In this document: positions 27,270 through 39,878 of the stretch, one piece after another | Numbering within the stretch: the first letter of the stretch is position 1 | Layout: each line of letters opens with the position of its first letter | Assembly (NCBI GenBank): GCA_964016885.1 | Contig: OZ024740.1 | Coordinates: forward strand, 214,272,001 to 214,336,000 | DNA: 64,000 nucleotides | Direction: 5' to 3' | Source: Eledone cirrhosa | Lineage: Eukaryota | Made by a program: the position numbers and the translations under genes | The notes under the pieces: model-generated | Databases searched by the model: none | Told to the model about the DNA's origin: nothing | What the model saw: the letters and a program-made list of their open reading frames with translations, nothing else

Positions 27270-28745
27270 ATTCACCTGAGGTATACACCCAACCACACAG
27301 ACATGCGTGCATATATACACCAAAGTAACACATACACCTGAGATATATACACAGACACACAGACATGCGTACATATATACACCAAAGTAACACATACACC
27401 TGAAATATATACATAGACACACAGACATGCGTATATATATACACCAAAGTAACACATACACCTGAAATATATACACAGACACACAGACATGCGTACATAT
27501 ATACACCAAAGTAACACATACACCTGAGGTATATACACAGACACACAGACATGCGTACATATATACACCAAAGTAACACATACACCTGAGGTATATACAC
27601 AGACACACAGACATGCGTACATATATACACCAAAGTAACACATATACCTGAGATATACACACAGACATACAGACATGCGTACATATATACACCAAAGTAA
27701 CATACGCACCTGAGATATATACACAGACACACAGACATTCGTACATATATACACCAAAGTAACATATACACCTGAGATATATACACAGTCACGCAGACAT
27801 TCGTACATATATACACCAAAGTAACACCTACACCTGAGATATATACACAGTCACGCAGACATTCGTACATATATACACCAAAGTAACACCTACACCTGAG
27901 ATATACACAGACACACAGACATGCGTACATATATACACCAAAGTAACATATACACCTGAGATATATACACAGCCACACAGACATTCGTACATATATACAC
28001 CAAAGTAACACATACACCTGAGATATATACATAGACACACAGACATTCGTACATATATACACCAAAGTAACACATACACCTGAGATATATACATAGACAC
28101 ACAGACATTCGTACATATATACACCAAAGTAACACATACACCTGAGGTATACACACAGACACACAGACATGCGTACATATATACACCAAAGTAACACATA
28201 CACCTGAGGTATACACACAGACACACAGACATGCGTACATATATACACCAAAGTAACACATACACCTGAGGTATATACACAGACACACAGACATGCGTAC
28301 ATATATACACCAAAGTAACACATACACCTGAGATATATACACAGACACACAGACATGCGTACATATATACACCAAAGTAACACATACACCTGAGATATAT
28401 ACACAGACACACAGACATGCGTACATATATACATCAAAGTAACACATATACCTGAGATATACACACAGACATACAGACATGCGTACATATATACACCAAA
28501 GTAACATACGCACCTGAGATATATACACAGACACACAGACATTCGTACATATATACACCAAAGTAACATATACACCTGAGATATATACACAGTCACGCAG
28601 ACATTCGTACATATATACACCAAAGTAACACCTACACCTGAGATATATACACAGTCACGCAGACATTCGTACATATATACACCAAAGTAACACCTACACC
28701 TGAGATATATATACCCAGCCACACAGATATGTGTACATATATTAA
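27270..28745. repeat. 62-bp minisatellite, ~24 copies
   Basis: Unit CACCAAAGTAACACATACACCTGAGATATATACACAGACACACAGACATGCGTACATATATA. Confidence 0.95.
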
Positions 28746-29068
28746 ACAATAGTCTAGTGTGGTTATGGGTTCAAATATACAGAAACACGTACACATATTT
28801 CCACTCACACGTTTCACTGACAAACTTTTCTGCCACACCTTTTAACAAATGGATTTAAAATATATTCTGAATGAAGAAATTCCATGCATTTCTCCCAATA
28901 CAATTGTGACCTTAAACCTCTTGGAAGTCGATATGACGATCATTGAAGAACACAAATACATCAATATCACGAATCTTAAATTTTAAGACTTCTCACTCAA
29001 CCCCCTTCTCTCTCTCTCACTCTCTCCCTATCTCTATCACTTTTTCTCCCCCCTCTCTCTCTCACTCG

Positions 29069-29157
<89 letters not shown>

Positions 29158-29161
<4 letters not shown>

Positions 29162-29551
29162 GTTTCTACTTTTGGCGCAAGGCCAGCAAATACCAATGTA
29201 TTACTGGTACTTTATTTTATCGACCCTGTAAGGATGAAAAGCAAAATTAACCTCGGCGGGATATGAACTCAGACCATAAAGGGCCCTAACTCTTTGCTGC
29301 AAAGCATGGCGTCCGACCCTCTACCGATACTGCCAATCCACCATATATATATATATAAATATAATTGTTTCTACTTTAGGCACAAGGCCAGCAAATACCC
29401 AGTGCATTACTGGTACTATATTTTATCGACCCTGTAAGGATGAAAGGCAAAGTTATCCTCGGCGGGATTTGAACTCAGAATGGCAAGGACCGTAACTCTA
29501 TACATCAAAGCATGGCGTCCGACCCTCTACCAATACTGCCAATCCACCGCC
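29158..29551 (-). mobile_element. Two tandem family-1 SINEs
   Basis: Match the consensus. Confidence 0.85.
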
Positions 29552-29900
29552 CTCCTATATATATAAATATAATAATTGAAAGCATTATCTTTTTGTGTTT
29601 TCTTCTCTATATACTGTATTATGACGAGCCCGCTACTTATCCCTTGAGCTCATTAAATTACAGATTAATGCATGTCTTTAACTCCGCTTTTTCATCTGAT
29701 ATTTTGGCTCCAAATTTCTTTATGTTAGTTGATCTTTTTAATTTGAATGGTTATAGGTTGCTATTTCTAGCGGTTTCTTGATCCATTCAAGCCACTATGT
29801 ACTGTCTGGCGCGCATGTTTTCCTCTCTTCTCTCACCATGTGCGATATTTCAGTTGTCTAATGTCTCGTTAGAAGTGTCAACCAAATCTTATTTACACCT

Positions 29901-29937
<37 letters not shown>

Positions 29938-29956
29938 TATATATATATCATAATCA

Positions 29957-30065
29957 ATAGTGAAATTGCGTCTACAGGACTAGAACTGTCTCATTCGTAT
30001 GAAATCATCCTGATGATTTCATAGGAATGAAACAGTTCTAGTCCAGTAGAAGCCATTTCTTTATT
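29957..30065. repeat. Imperfect palindrome centred on a hammerhead CTGATGA
   Basis: GAAATCATC-CT-GATGATTTC centre. The right arm reads CTGATGA-TTTC-ATAG-GAAT-GAAAC-AGTTCTA-GTC. Confidence 0.7.
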
Positions 30066-30661
30066 AAATATGATGTTTACACTTTACTAATGTATTGAAT
30101 TCCGTTTATACTGTGGTTACCCCCGTTTTAACTTGGGATCAATCGTTTTTCTCACTACTTAACGTATAAGAGTCCACTGTAATTTCCTTGGGTTGATATC
30201 TTAACGATATTGACTTAATTAAATTATTGAGTGAGTGGGAAAACAACCGAAGGTGTATCGGGCCTATTTGATAGCTTCGTTTCAGTATTATATATTATGT
30301 TACTGTTGGTTCATCTACTTGAGCACTCGATGCGTAAGTAGATCCGCGGATATCACCTATCACTAACGAACTAAGAGTCTGATGAACTTTTGATTACAGA
30401 GTCGAGCCAGGTCGATACCGATCGAACCATGAGTTGATAAATAGCGAAACACGCGTTACACATGAATAAACTGAATGACGACATTCTGACACCTCATTCC
30501 TGCTTATTTGTTATATATATATAAACAAAAAGTTATCGTTTACATGCCAACACAAGAGCAAGAATGAGGGGCTCATTCTACTGACATGGCTTAAAAGAGG
30601 CTGTTTGCATAATTGCAAACGAATCGAATATTATTACTAATATTTGAAAAACTCAGATTAC

Positions 30662-30704
<43 letters not shown>

Positions 30705-30705
<1 letters not shown>

Positions 30706-30850
30706 TATTTCTGAAGACGGCATATGTATGTGTTGGTATGTATATTTAATTTTGATAGTTTGTATAATTTTGTATAATTTTGTACATAGATCTGTTGAAT
30801 ATGCATGCCAATTCTAACACATATATATCCTAGAAACGATCGTTAAATAA
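30705..30850 (+). ncRNA. Type-I hammerhead ribozyme with ~115-nt stem II
   Basis: TTATTT-CTGAAGA-[GG.ATATGTATGTGTT...AACACATATATATCC]-GAAA-CGATCG-TT-AAATAA. Confidence 0.75.
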
Positions 30851-31048
30851 TGAACTTTTTTTGTTTAATATAAGGAACTGTTTCATTGTTTTATTCATTA
30901 TTTTTTTAATATTTTATCTTGACTCTGTATTCCGTTTATCTTTCACCGAAAGGGATTTTTCATTGCATCTCTTCTTTCCATGATATCCGGATTACATTGA
31001 GTTCTTCATACGGATTGGACACTACCGTAAACTCTTGGTAGATTTATC

Positions 31049-31097
<49 letters not shown>

Positions 31098-31442
31098 TCC
31101 TCCAATAATTTCTAAGCCTACATTCATTTTACAGTTATATTTCTTATATAATTTATTCAAGATTAATCAACTGACAAAAGATTTTATTCAAAATATAATA
31201 AAACATAAAAGTGCCGTCAACTACATTTTATAGAAATAAGGTTTTAATGTTTCTTATATCGATATCTCCTGTTTCCTTTTGGTCAACCATTTAACTAACT
31301 CATACATTAAACAATTCAACCAACTAATGAAAGACAAAGAAAGTACAACGAGTTGTGACAGTAATTTTGCACATTACCGTAGTTTAAGTGTATCAAGTTG
31401 TATTAAGTGATACAGCAGCTTCGTTTCTTACTCTTATTATTA

Positions 31443-31631
31443 TGGTGGATTGGCAGTATCGGTAGAGGATCGAACGCCATGTTTTGACGCAAAGAGTTAC
31501 GGCCCTTGCCATTCTGAGTTCAAATCCCGCCAAGGTTAACTTTGCCTTTCATCCTTACAGGGTCGATAAAATAAAGTACCAGTAATACACTGGGATAATT
31601 GCTGGCCTTGTGCCAAAAGTAGAAACAATTA
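31443..31631 (+). mobile_element. Family-1 SINE
   Basis: Matches the consensus. Confidence 0.85.
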
Positions 31632-32226
31632 TTACTATCATTATAATTAATGCGCTTGTATCAGTTAGACGTGTTACGTCTTGCCCTGCACACTTTTGGA
31701 TTTCTCGTGAAAAATTAAGTGAGAAAATGTTTTATTTAATGAAAAAAGAAAGGTTAATTTGCAAAACAGAAAAAAAAAAAGATCTTATTCATTGGTAAAC
31801 AAATGAAATGGCTTCTTCAAGTAGAAACGCCTCTACAGTTCGTATCCGAAGCTACCCGTTTCTACGGTCGTTAAACAGAAAGAAAAATGACAAAAATATT
31901 TTACATCAAAGTGTATTTTTACCAAAGAAAATCCTAACACACCATTAACGATAACATACTATTGGGCTACAACAACAACAACAACAACAAGACTTCCACA
32001 CACAGTTATTTTGACGAGCGAGAATGTGAATGGCGATACAAACATGGGCAATTTGGGAATATATAGTGTTTGTTGTGAGTCGTTAGCATCTGAGTTCAAA
32101 TACAGTAAAAGTCAACTTCAATAGACAGTGTGGTGAACTCTAAACATCGACTACTCTTCAATGCCTTAATATTGAGATGTCGTTAATAGCTACATTAGAA
32201 CAATTGCTAACATTATTAGTATTAAC

Positions 32227-33128
32227 GGTGAATTGGCAGTATCGGTAGAGGGTCGGACATGCTTTCCAGCATAGTTACGTCCCTTTACGATCTGAGTTCA
32301 AATCCGACCGAGGTTAACTTTGCCTTTCATCCTTACGGGGTCGATAAAATAAAGTACCAGTAATGCACTGGAGTAATTGCTGGCCTTGTGCCTAAAGTAG
32401 AAACAATTATTAGTATTAACGGTGAATTGGCAGTATCGGTAGAGAGTCGGACACCATGCTTTGAAGCATAGAGTTACGTCCCTTTACGATCTGAGTTCAA
32501 ATCCCGCCGAGGTTCACTTTGCCTTTCATCCTTACGGGGTCGATAAAATAAAGTACCAGTAATGTACTGGTTAATTGCTGGCCTTGTGCCTAAAATAGAA
32601 AAAAATTATTAGTATTAAAATACTAAAATATGATTTCAAATCTTGCCGAGGTTAGCTTTGTCTTTCATCCTTACGGGGTCGATAAAATATAGTACCAGTA
32701 ATGCACTGGGTCGATTTAATCGACCCCCCCCCCTTCAAATTGTTGGCCTTGTGTCTAAATCAGAAACTGTTATTAGCATTAAGAAGGGTGGTGGATTGGC
32801 AGTATCGGTAGAGGGTCTGACGCCATGCTTTGCAGCAAAGAGTTACGGCCCTTTATGGTCTGAGTTCAAATCCTCGATAAAATAAAGTACCAATAATACA
32901 CTGGGATATTTGTTGGCCTTGTACCGAAAGTAGATACAATTATTAGTATTAAGATTGGTAATATCGATAGGATGTCGCACAACATGCTTTGCAGCACAGA
33001 GTTATATCCCTTTAAGTTTTGAGTTCAAATCCCGGCGAGGTTAGTTTTGTCTTTCATACTTACAAGGTCGACAAAATAAAGTACCGAAAATTGCTGGCCT
33101 TGTGCCTAAATCAGAAACCATTATTAGT
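32227..33128 (+). mobile_element. Head-to-tail array of ~5 family-1 SINEs
   Basis: Units start near 32227, 32420, 32635, 32786 and 32955, joined by ATTATTAGTATT. Confidence 0.85.
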
Positions 33129-33543
33129 ATCATAATATTATTTCTCTCTCTGCTCCAAGTACAACAAAGACTAATCTTACTATAGAAATAATGAGCAACA
33201 AAATTCTTAAAGGTATACTGTAGAATAAGCTCAGGTTAATATATAAACAAGCATAAAGGAAGGCGTGACACACACACATAAATACATATGTACACGCACA
33301 CACCCACACACACACATGCACACGCACACACACAAATACACACTTACACGCACACACACGTATCCGGTTAATATAGGAATTCTTTCCGTCTGAAGACTCA
33401 ACGCTTTCCATTACGCAAGCGCAAAGGTGAAAGAACAGAACTACATTTCTTTCGTCTGTTTTTCTCTCTCACACACTCTCTCTCTCCCTCTCTCCCTCTC
33501 TCTCATTTTCTCTCTCTCTCTTTCTCTGTATATATATATATAT

Positions 33544-33751
33544 ATAGGAGAAAGTATGACCCCGACGGCAGAACTCAAGCCGTTTCGACGGCTATTTCTG
33601 GACTATTTCTGTTTAGTCCAGAAATAGCCGTCGAAACGGCTTGAGCTCTGCCGTCGGGGTCATACTTTCTCCTATTACCCACTCTACTACCCTAAGTATT
33701 GAGTACTCTGGTGCGTTATGATCCATCTGGTTCCTTACCACAACTCCTCAG

Positions 33752-33753
<2 letters not shown>
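33544..33753. mobile_element. Short fold-back element centred on hammerhead stem II
   Basis: Arms 33544-33604 and 33615-33675; tail 33676-33753. Confidence 0.85.
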
Positions 33754-33797
<44 letters not shown>

Positions 33798-33799
<2 letters not shown>

Positions 33800-33935
33800 A
33801 GTAATAATAATAAATTTGAAGACTAAAATCCAAAGAGGGCTCGATAAGGATAAATATATATCAAATATGTAAGAACCGTAGAGAAAATATTTATTAAAAT
33901 AACAGATTAAAGTTTAAGCAAAGAATCGCTGCTTC
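33798..33935 (-). mobile_element. Solo 3'-end fragment of the Naiad-type Penelope
   Basis: Reverse complement of ~61591-61729. Confidence 0.85.
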
Positions 33936-34023
<88 letters not shown>

Positions 34024-34024
34024 C

Positions 34025-34211
34025 TCCAAAATTAAGATAAATCAAATGAATTTAATCTAAATCAAAATTATGGGTGTCATACCAGAAAGACATGCGCCAT
34101 ATCACCCGCAAAATAAGCTCTATTTTGCGGGTGATATGGCGCATGTCTTTCTGGCATGACACCCATAATTTTGATTTAGATTAAATTCATTTGATTTATC
34201 TTAATTTTGGA
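34025..34211. repeat. Near-perfect palindrome with 91-bp arms and 5-bp spacer
   Basis: 34025-34115 versus 34121-34211, one mismatch; begins at (TA)n. Confidence 0.92.
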
Positions 34212-34654
34212 TATACATATATAAATACGGCTCCTTAATTGTAGAGCTAACTCTGTTGAAAGGACTCGACTGCTGTTTCTAGTTGTCGATAACCCTATTC
34301 ACGCCACTGGGACGAAGCTAGTATGATGTGTATATTTCTAGTAGATATAACACGTGTTGGCCAGTCGCTGATTTGAACTTGAAGTGTAAACACGGATTGC
34401 TGGAACTTCTTCCTTGTTGAAAATCCAAGTCTCCACTTCTGTGATTTACCATCCGATTAATTGGTGAAATGTATTTCTTTACAGAGAAGATTAATCATAT
34501 TATAAAGTATCTATTTTTAAAGTTCTGGTCAACTTTATTTAGTTACCTCCCTAGCTATGTGTGGTTACACACTTGTAAAAATTATCTCCTGTGATTATTC
34601 ATGTTTATTTATATGTTAATCAATCTCTAGTTATTATATATATATATATATATG

Positions 34655-34801
34655 TAGAGGTTATATTTAATTTGTTGGGATACAACAAGCAAAATATTTT
34701 TTTAACAGATATAAAGCACATATAGTTTGTTTTGGTGGCCCTTGAAATATGTATAATGAAATAAATATGGTTTTATAAATATAGTTTCCATTTGTTAATA
34801 T

Positions 34802-34806
<5 letters not shown>
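34655..34806. mobile_element. Minimal member of the 3724/47279 family: inverted tail + 3' end starting at the HHR GAAA
   Basis: 34655-34735 resembles the tail (minus strand); 34740-34806 matches 48538-48603. Confidence 0.75.
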
Positions 34807-34883
<77 letters not shown>

Positions 34884-35051
34884 TACATCGATGTAAAATG
34901 ATGATTGTGATATTTATATACTTATACACGCGCACATATATATTTATATACATAAACACATGTATAGATACACACACCTGCGCCCGCACAGAGTCAAATG
35001 CAAACACAATACACACACACAAACACACACACACAGACACAGACACGGACA

Positions 35052-35085
<34 letters not shown>

Positions 35086-35612
35086 TCGTGCAAACATGGA
35101 TGTTGTTTCTTGTTTCACTCTCTAGCTATTGTATAACAACACTGTAATACATTAAATATTTATATGATACATCAATATTTATATTTATGATTACAGATAA
35201 TGTTGTTTATTTTGATATAACTTCAGCTAACCTATTGTTTATTCCACTGACATTTATATAAATATTTCAATATTTAGTTTTAAAATTACTGGTATATAGT
35301 ACACAGTATAAATAACGAGAGAATCCTATGGTGTGTGTGTTTCGTTATATTGACAATACTGACAACATGGCTACCCTCAAATATAATCTGTTTCAACACA
35401 CGATTTCACATCAAGAATCTTGTAGACCAAATATATAAACATAATACACAATATATTTTAGTGAATGTAGTAAATAAATACAGATTTAAATTAAAATAAT
35501 GTGGAGTTTAGAATTTCGTCTTCACCTTACTATTTTCTCTCTTTTTATCAATCTATCTATTTCACTCTGTTTGTGTTTTTATCTGCCCCTCTCACTCTCT
35601 ATGTGTGTATAC

Positions 35613-35694
<82 letters not shown>

Positions 35695-35697
<3 letters not shown>

Positions 35698-35920
35698 AAA
35701 GGTAAACAGAAATAACAACACAATCGGTAGAGTATATGGAAGGGATATATTAGGTTACCGCTTGATATAGCAGGAAGAGGGTCTTAACGATTCGGACGCT
35801 AGTCCTTCATCAGAAGAAAGAATGAGAAATAAAATAGATTGAGGTGACGGGCGGGATGGAATTGAAAAAAATATCTTTAGATAAAAATAACAGGCCCATT
35901 CATGTTGACATCTCTTGCAA

Positions 35921-35925
<5 letters not shown>
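35695..35925 (-). mobile_element. pLTR-like copy with hammerhead (core GAAT)
   Basis: Reverse complement of ~6725-6952; HHR at 35782-35817. Confidence 0.8.
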
Positions 35926-35958
<33 letters not shown>

Positions 35959-36304
35959 CTCTCCTATCCCCCTCTCTCTATATATAGTTAAACCTACTCT
36001 CAGGTCTTGAATAATCGTTTTTCCCTTTCCCCAAAAATTGTTGGCCTTCTGCCTAAAAGTAGAAACAATTATTGTTATTCAATCATTAAATACAGATATT
36101 TAAATTACAACATAGTGGCCCTATAAAATAGGGGACCAGGTTTATTTATATTGGTAACATATCACAATTGACCAGTTAACTGCACAATCAAGGGTTATTT
36201 ATATTAATATAATTTGTACTGGCTTACAGCAAGGTAATCGATATTAATTGATAATTGCTCCGTCTCACCTGTAAATATTAACGTGTTAATGTATGGATGG
36301 ATGT

Positions 36305-36677
36305 TCCTGTAACCCCTGATAGAGTCGTAGGGGCGCCGTATTGATATACGGCGTTTCTTGGGCATTTTATGCCTGGCTGAGCCCATCCCTCTCCAGAAGA
36401 TGTTTTCCAGAGAAAGATAGACAGTGAGAGAGAGGAAGTGAGAAAGAGATACAGAGGAAGAATTGACCCCAGTACTAGACTGGTACTTTTTTTATCGACC
36501 TCGAAAGGATGAAAAGCAAAGTTGACCTCGGTGGGATTTGAACTCAGAGAGTAGCGAGCCGGAACGAATACCACAAAACATTCTATCCGACGTTCTAATG
36601 ACTCTGCCATTCTATCTGACGTTCTAATGACTCTGCCATTCTATCTGACGTTCTAATGACTCTGCCAATTCACCACC
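36305..36677 (-). mobile_element. Family-1-related SINE with extended 3' tail; 29-bp triplication at its head
   Basis: Deu/Nin-like core plus ATACGGCGCCCCTACGACTC tail. Related copies at 40317-40770 (+), 45943-46250 (+), 52265-52592 (-) and 56195-56417 (-). Confidence 0.7.
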
Positions 36678-37244
36678 TAATATGTGTTAATACTGACGAC
36701 AAATGACAACAAGGGAAATAACATTGTTATAGTGAGGTAGATAGTACTGTAATAGAAAGTATAGAATTGTGGGAAGCTTGAACCCAACCGTGATAAACAC
36801 AATGATCTGGGTGGGGCGAACCCTTATCATTGCCAGCTAATTATAAATCTTTAACGCCTTATTTTTACAAAGTTACCAAAAGAATAAAAAAATAAATAAA
36901 ACAATAAGTAAGAAAGAAAACAACAAAATTATTTCCAAAACAGGTTTTCTTGTTTAAAACTTCGTTAGATCTGGTTGAATCAAACCGCTTTGTCCAAGAA
37001 TGATTTCACCAAACATGAATGAATATATAAATAAATAAATGTTAGTTTTTCCACGAAGAAGGGAAAAGGGGAATTATTCTGATTAAAATACCCACCTTTC
37101 CTTCAAAGACTGGCATCTGTTATATTTTGACGACCAACTATAAATGTTTCACGTTGTCTGGAAAGGAAAAATACCAGATGTAACTTTAAATTGTTCCAGA
37201 TCCAACATGTAATTACACTTGCAATATGAAACATTGTTTCAAAT

Positions 37245-37616
37245 AATCGTTCCTACTTTTGGCACAAGACCAGCAATTACCCAGTGCATTACTGGTACTT
37301 TATTTTATCGACCCCGTAAGGATGAAAGGCAAAGTTAACCTCGGTGGGATTTGAACTCAGAATGGCAATGGCCGTGACGCTATGCGTCAAAGCATGGTAA
37401 TTATTACGGTTTCTACTATAGGCACAAGGTCGGCAATTTGGAAAGAGGGGAAGGTCGATTAAATCGACCCCAGTGTGTTACTGGTACTTTATTTTATCGA
37501 CCCCGTAAGGATGAAAGGCAAAGTTAACCACGGCAGGAATTGAACTCAGACCGTAAAGCATGTTGTCACAAAGCATGTTGTCCGACGCTCTACTGATACT
37601 GATAATCCACTGCCTT
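37245..37616 (-). mobile_element. Two tandem family-1 SINEs
   Basis: Match the consensus. Further copies at 38030-38220 (-), 43950-44167 (-) and 57165-57361 (+). Confidence 0.8.
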
Positions 37617-38877
37617 TGTATAATATAATAATAACAACAACAATGCATTATTTTATTTGGCCTCCAGGGCCAATTCCTACACAGGAAGCGTGTTACAAAA
37701 GGGATTTACCTGGTCATATGGGAATGAACAAAACAAAATTACATTTTTTTAAAAGCGAGTAAGATTAAAGAATCTTGTTAGATTTTCAGTTACACAAAAT
37801 ACTTAAATCAATATTTAAACAATGCAATGAAAAGAAAATATTTAAGAACAGAAAAACAAATAAGGTCAAAGCCATTACCTAAGCTAAGCCAGAGACCAGA
37901 TGATTCCATTTACCTGGCTCTAGCACTCCATGTAATGGAACCTGGTGCATCCAAAATGTGGTGTTTGCAAACATTGTCTTGCACTGGGCGGGATAAAAGC
38001 ACCCAACCTCCTTTAGAATACCTGTTTACAATTGTTTCTACTTTTGGCACAAGACCAGCAATTATCCCAGTGTATTATTGGTACTTTATTTTATCGACCC
38101 CGTAAGGATGAAAGGCAAAGTTAACCTCGGCGGGATTTGAACTCAGAATGGCAAGGGCCGTAACTCTTTGCTGCAAAGCATGGCGTCAGACCCTCTACCG
38201 ATACTGCCATACACTGCCATTTATACCTGTTTTATAATGAGGGATAAAAGCACCCAACCTCCTTTAGAATAGCTGTTTTATAATGTGATCTTCAAGAACA
38301 CAATAGTACCAAAGGTTCTCTTAAATCCCATCCTATTTCCTTTTTCAGTGTCAACATGATTCCGAATGCCCATCTTTGCTCTCACGTTCACGTTACATGT
38401 TTGCATGTCCGAGAATATCCTGTTGTCCCAAGCAGAGGGTCATCTTTATGTGTCTTACACAGGTAAGGGTTGGAATAAATACCGAATTGAAGATAGCGAG
38501 TTTGGCTTTTACACCTACCTCCCTTCTGATTACTGAATGCTGAAGCTGGTGTATTACTGCACCAGCTCCTGCGATTCTTGCACTTAATGCAGCCTCCTGC
38601 CTTCCATCACTCGTGAACTAATTCCTGAGATACTCCTCCACCTGCTTCAGTGGAACTCCATTCACATATCTTAAAATCTTAATTAGTCCGTCAAAGTAAT
38701 ACTAATATGCAAATTAGCCCATCCTAGTGTGAGCTAAAAATCAATTTTTATAAAACGAGATTTATGTTAATTTAACGTTACAGCAACGAAGTGAAACGAA
38801 CTCCGCTGAGAATTTTAACCTAAGACCAGAGTCAACTGGATACTATCACTGTACTGAAGAGAATTTAAGATATAATC

Positions 38878-39262
38878 TACAAGAGTAATCCCAAAAGTAA
38901 GGTCTCCAAAGCAATGGGGACGCAGAGAAACTGTTCGTACGGCTGTTGGCAACACTGTTGTGATTGGTGTTCCTTCACTCCCAAACAAGCATGCGCGCGC
39001 TTCGCTGGGATGCTCAATCTTGGCTTGGCAGCCGTTGAGAATGAAGCTCCCGTTGAACGCTACCGCCAAGTGCGAATTTCGCACAGTTATTATATAGAGG
39101 GCAATCCCAAAAGTAAGGTCTCCTTCCGAAGAAAACATGCGTAAAGATCGGCGGATCACTCTGGATGCTCTCTGCTGAGGTTTCCCGAAGCACCATCCAC
39201 AGGATTTTAACGGAAAAGTTGCAATATTGGAAGGAGACCTTACTTTTGGGATTGCCCTCGTA
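38878..39262 (+). mobile_element. Internally deleted mariner with three TIR copies
   Basis: TIR CGAGGGCAATCCCAAAAGTAAGGTCTCC at 38880, ~39096 and inverted at ~39233-39260, bounded by TA. Transposase fragments KCEFRTVI and DRRITLD...STIHRILTEKLQ. Confidence 0.8.
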
Positions 39263-39692
39263 CTTGTTTAGATTCCAAAACCAAACTACATATGTTCTAA
39301 ACATAGGGAGATACTTCATTAAAACTTAATTTATTTTATCTCTATCGTCGACAACTGATACTTAACGGGGGATCCATTGATAAGAATAAACATAAAAAAA
39401 TAAATAGACTAAAAAGAAAGAATAAACAGGATTTAAATGAAAAATAATATACGAGAAAATAATTGAATCTGTTGTAATATTACACATTGTGTGTTATCAG
39501 TATAAGAAATATATTTCATTTATTATAACATTCTCAATAGATAACATTAACAAAAATTGAAAGCAGATGGTGACAAAGAGATACGACTACATCTCCAGGA
39601 GTCATCTCTTATTTATTACAATCCCCAGCATGTGTAGCTTTTGATATTTCTTCTCCTCTAAATTTGAAAATCTTAGGACCGGAACAAACATT

Positions 39693-39878
39693 TACGAGGG
39701 TAGGCGGAAAAGTTCCTAGGCTGACTATGAAGGAGTGATGTTAGTGTTGTGAACTCTTGCATGTATTAATTTCAACTCTTCTTATTAATAACTGCATTGT
39801 TTCTTTCTAGGGAGTATGTTGAAAAATAAACCTCGTTCGGTTATTCCATGAGAGTATCTTGGTCAACCGACCCTCGTA
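39693..39878. mobile_element. Mariner-type MITE
   Basis: TACGAGGGT...ACCCTCGTA ends; related fragment at 26291-26368. Confidence 0.7.

Noticed and set aside
27132-28838. 509-aa and overlapping C/V/Y-rich ORFs
   Set aside because: Translation of the 62-bp minisatellite.
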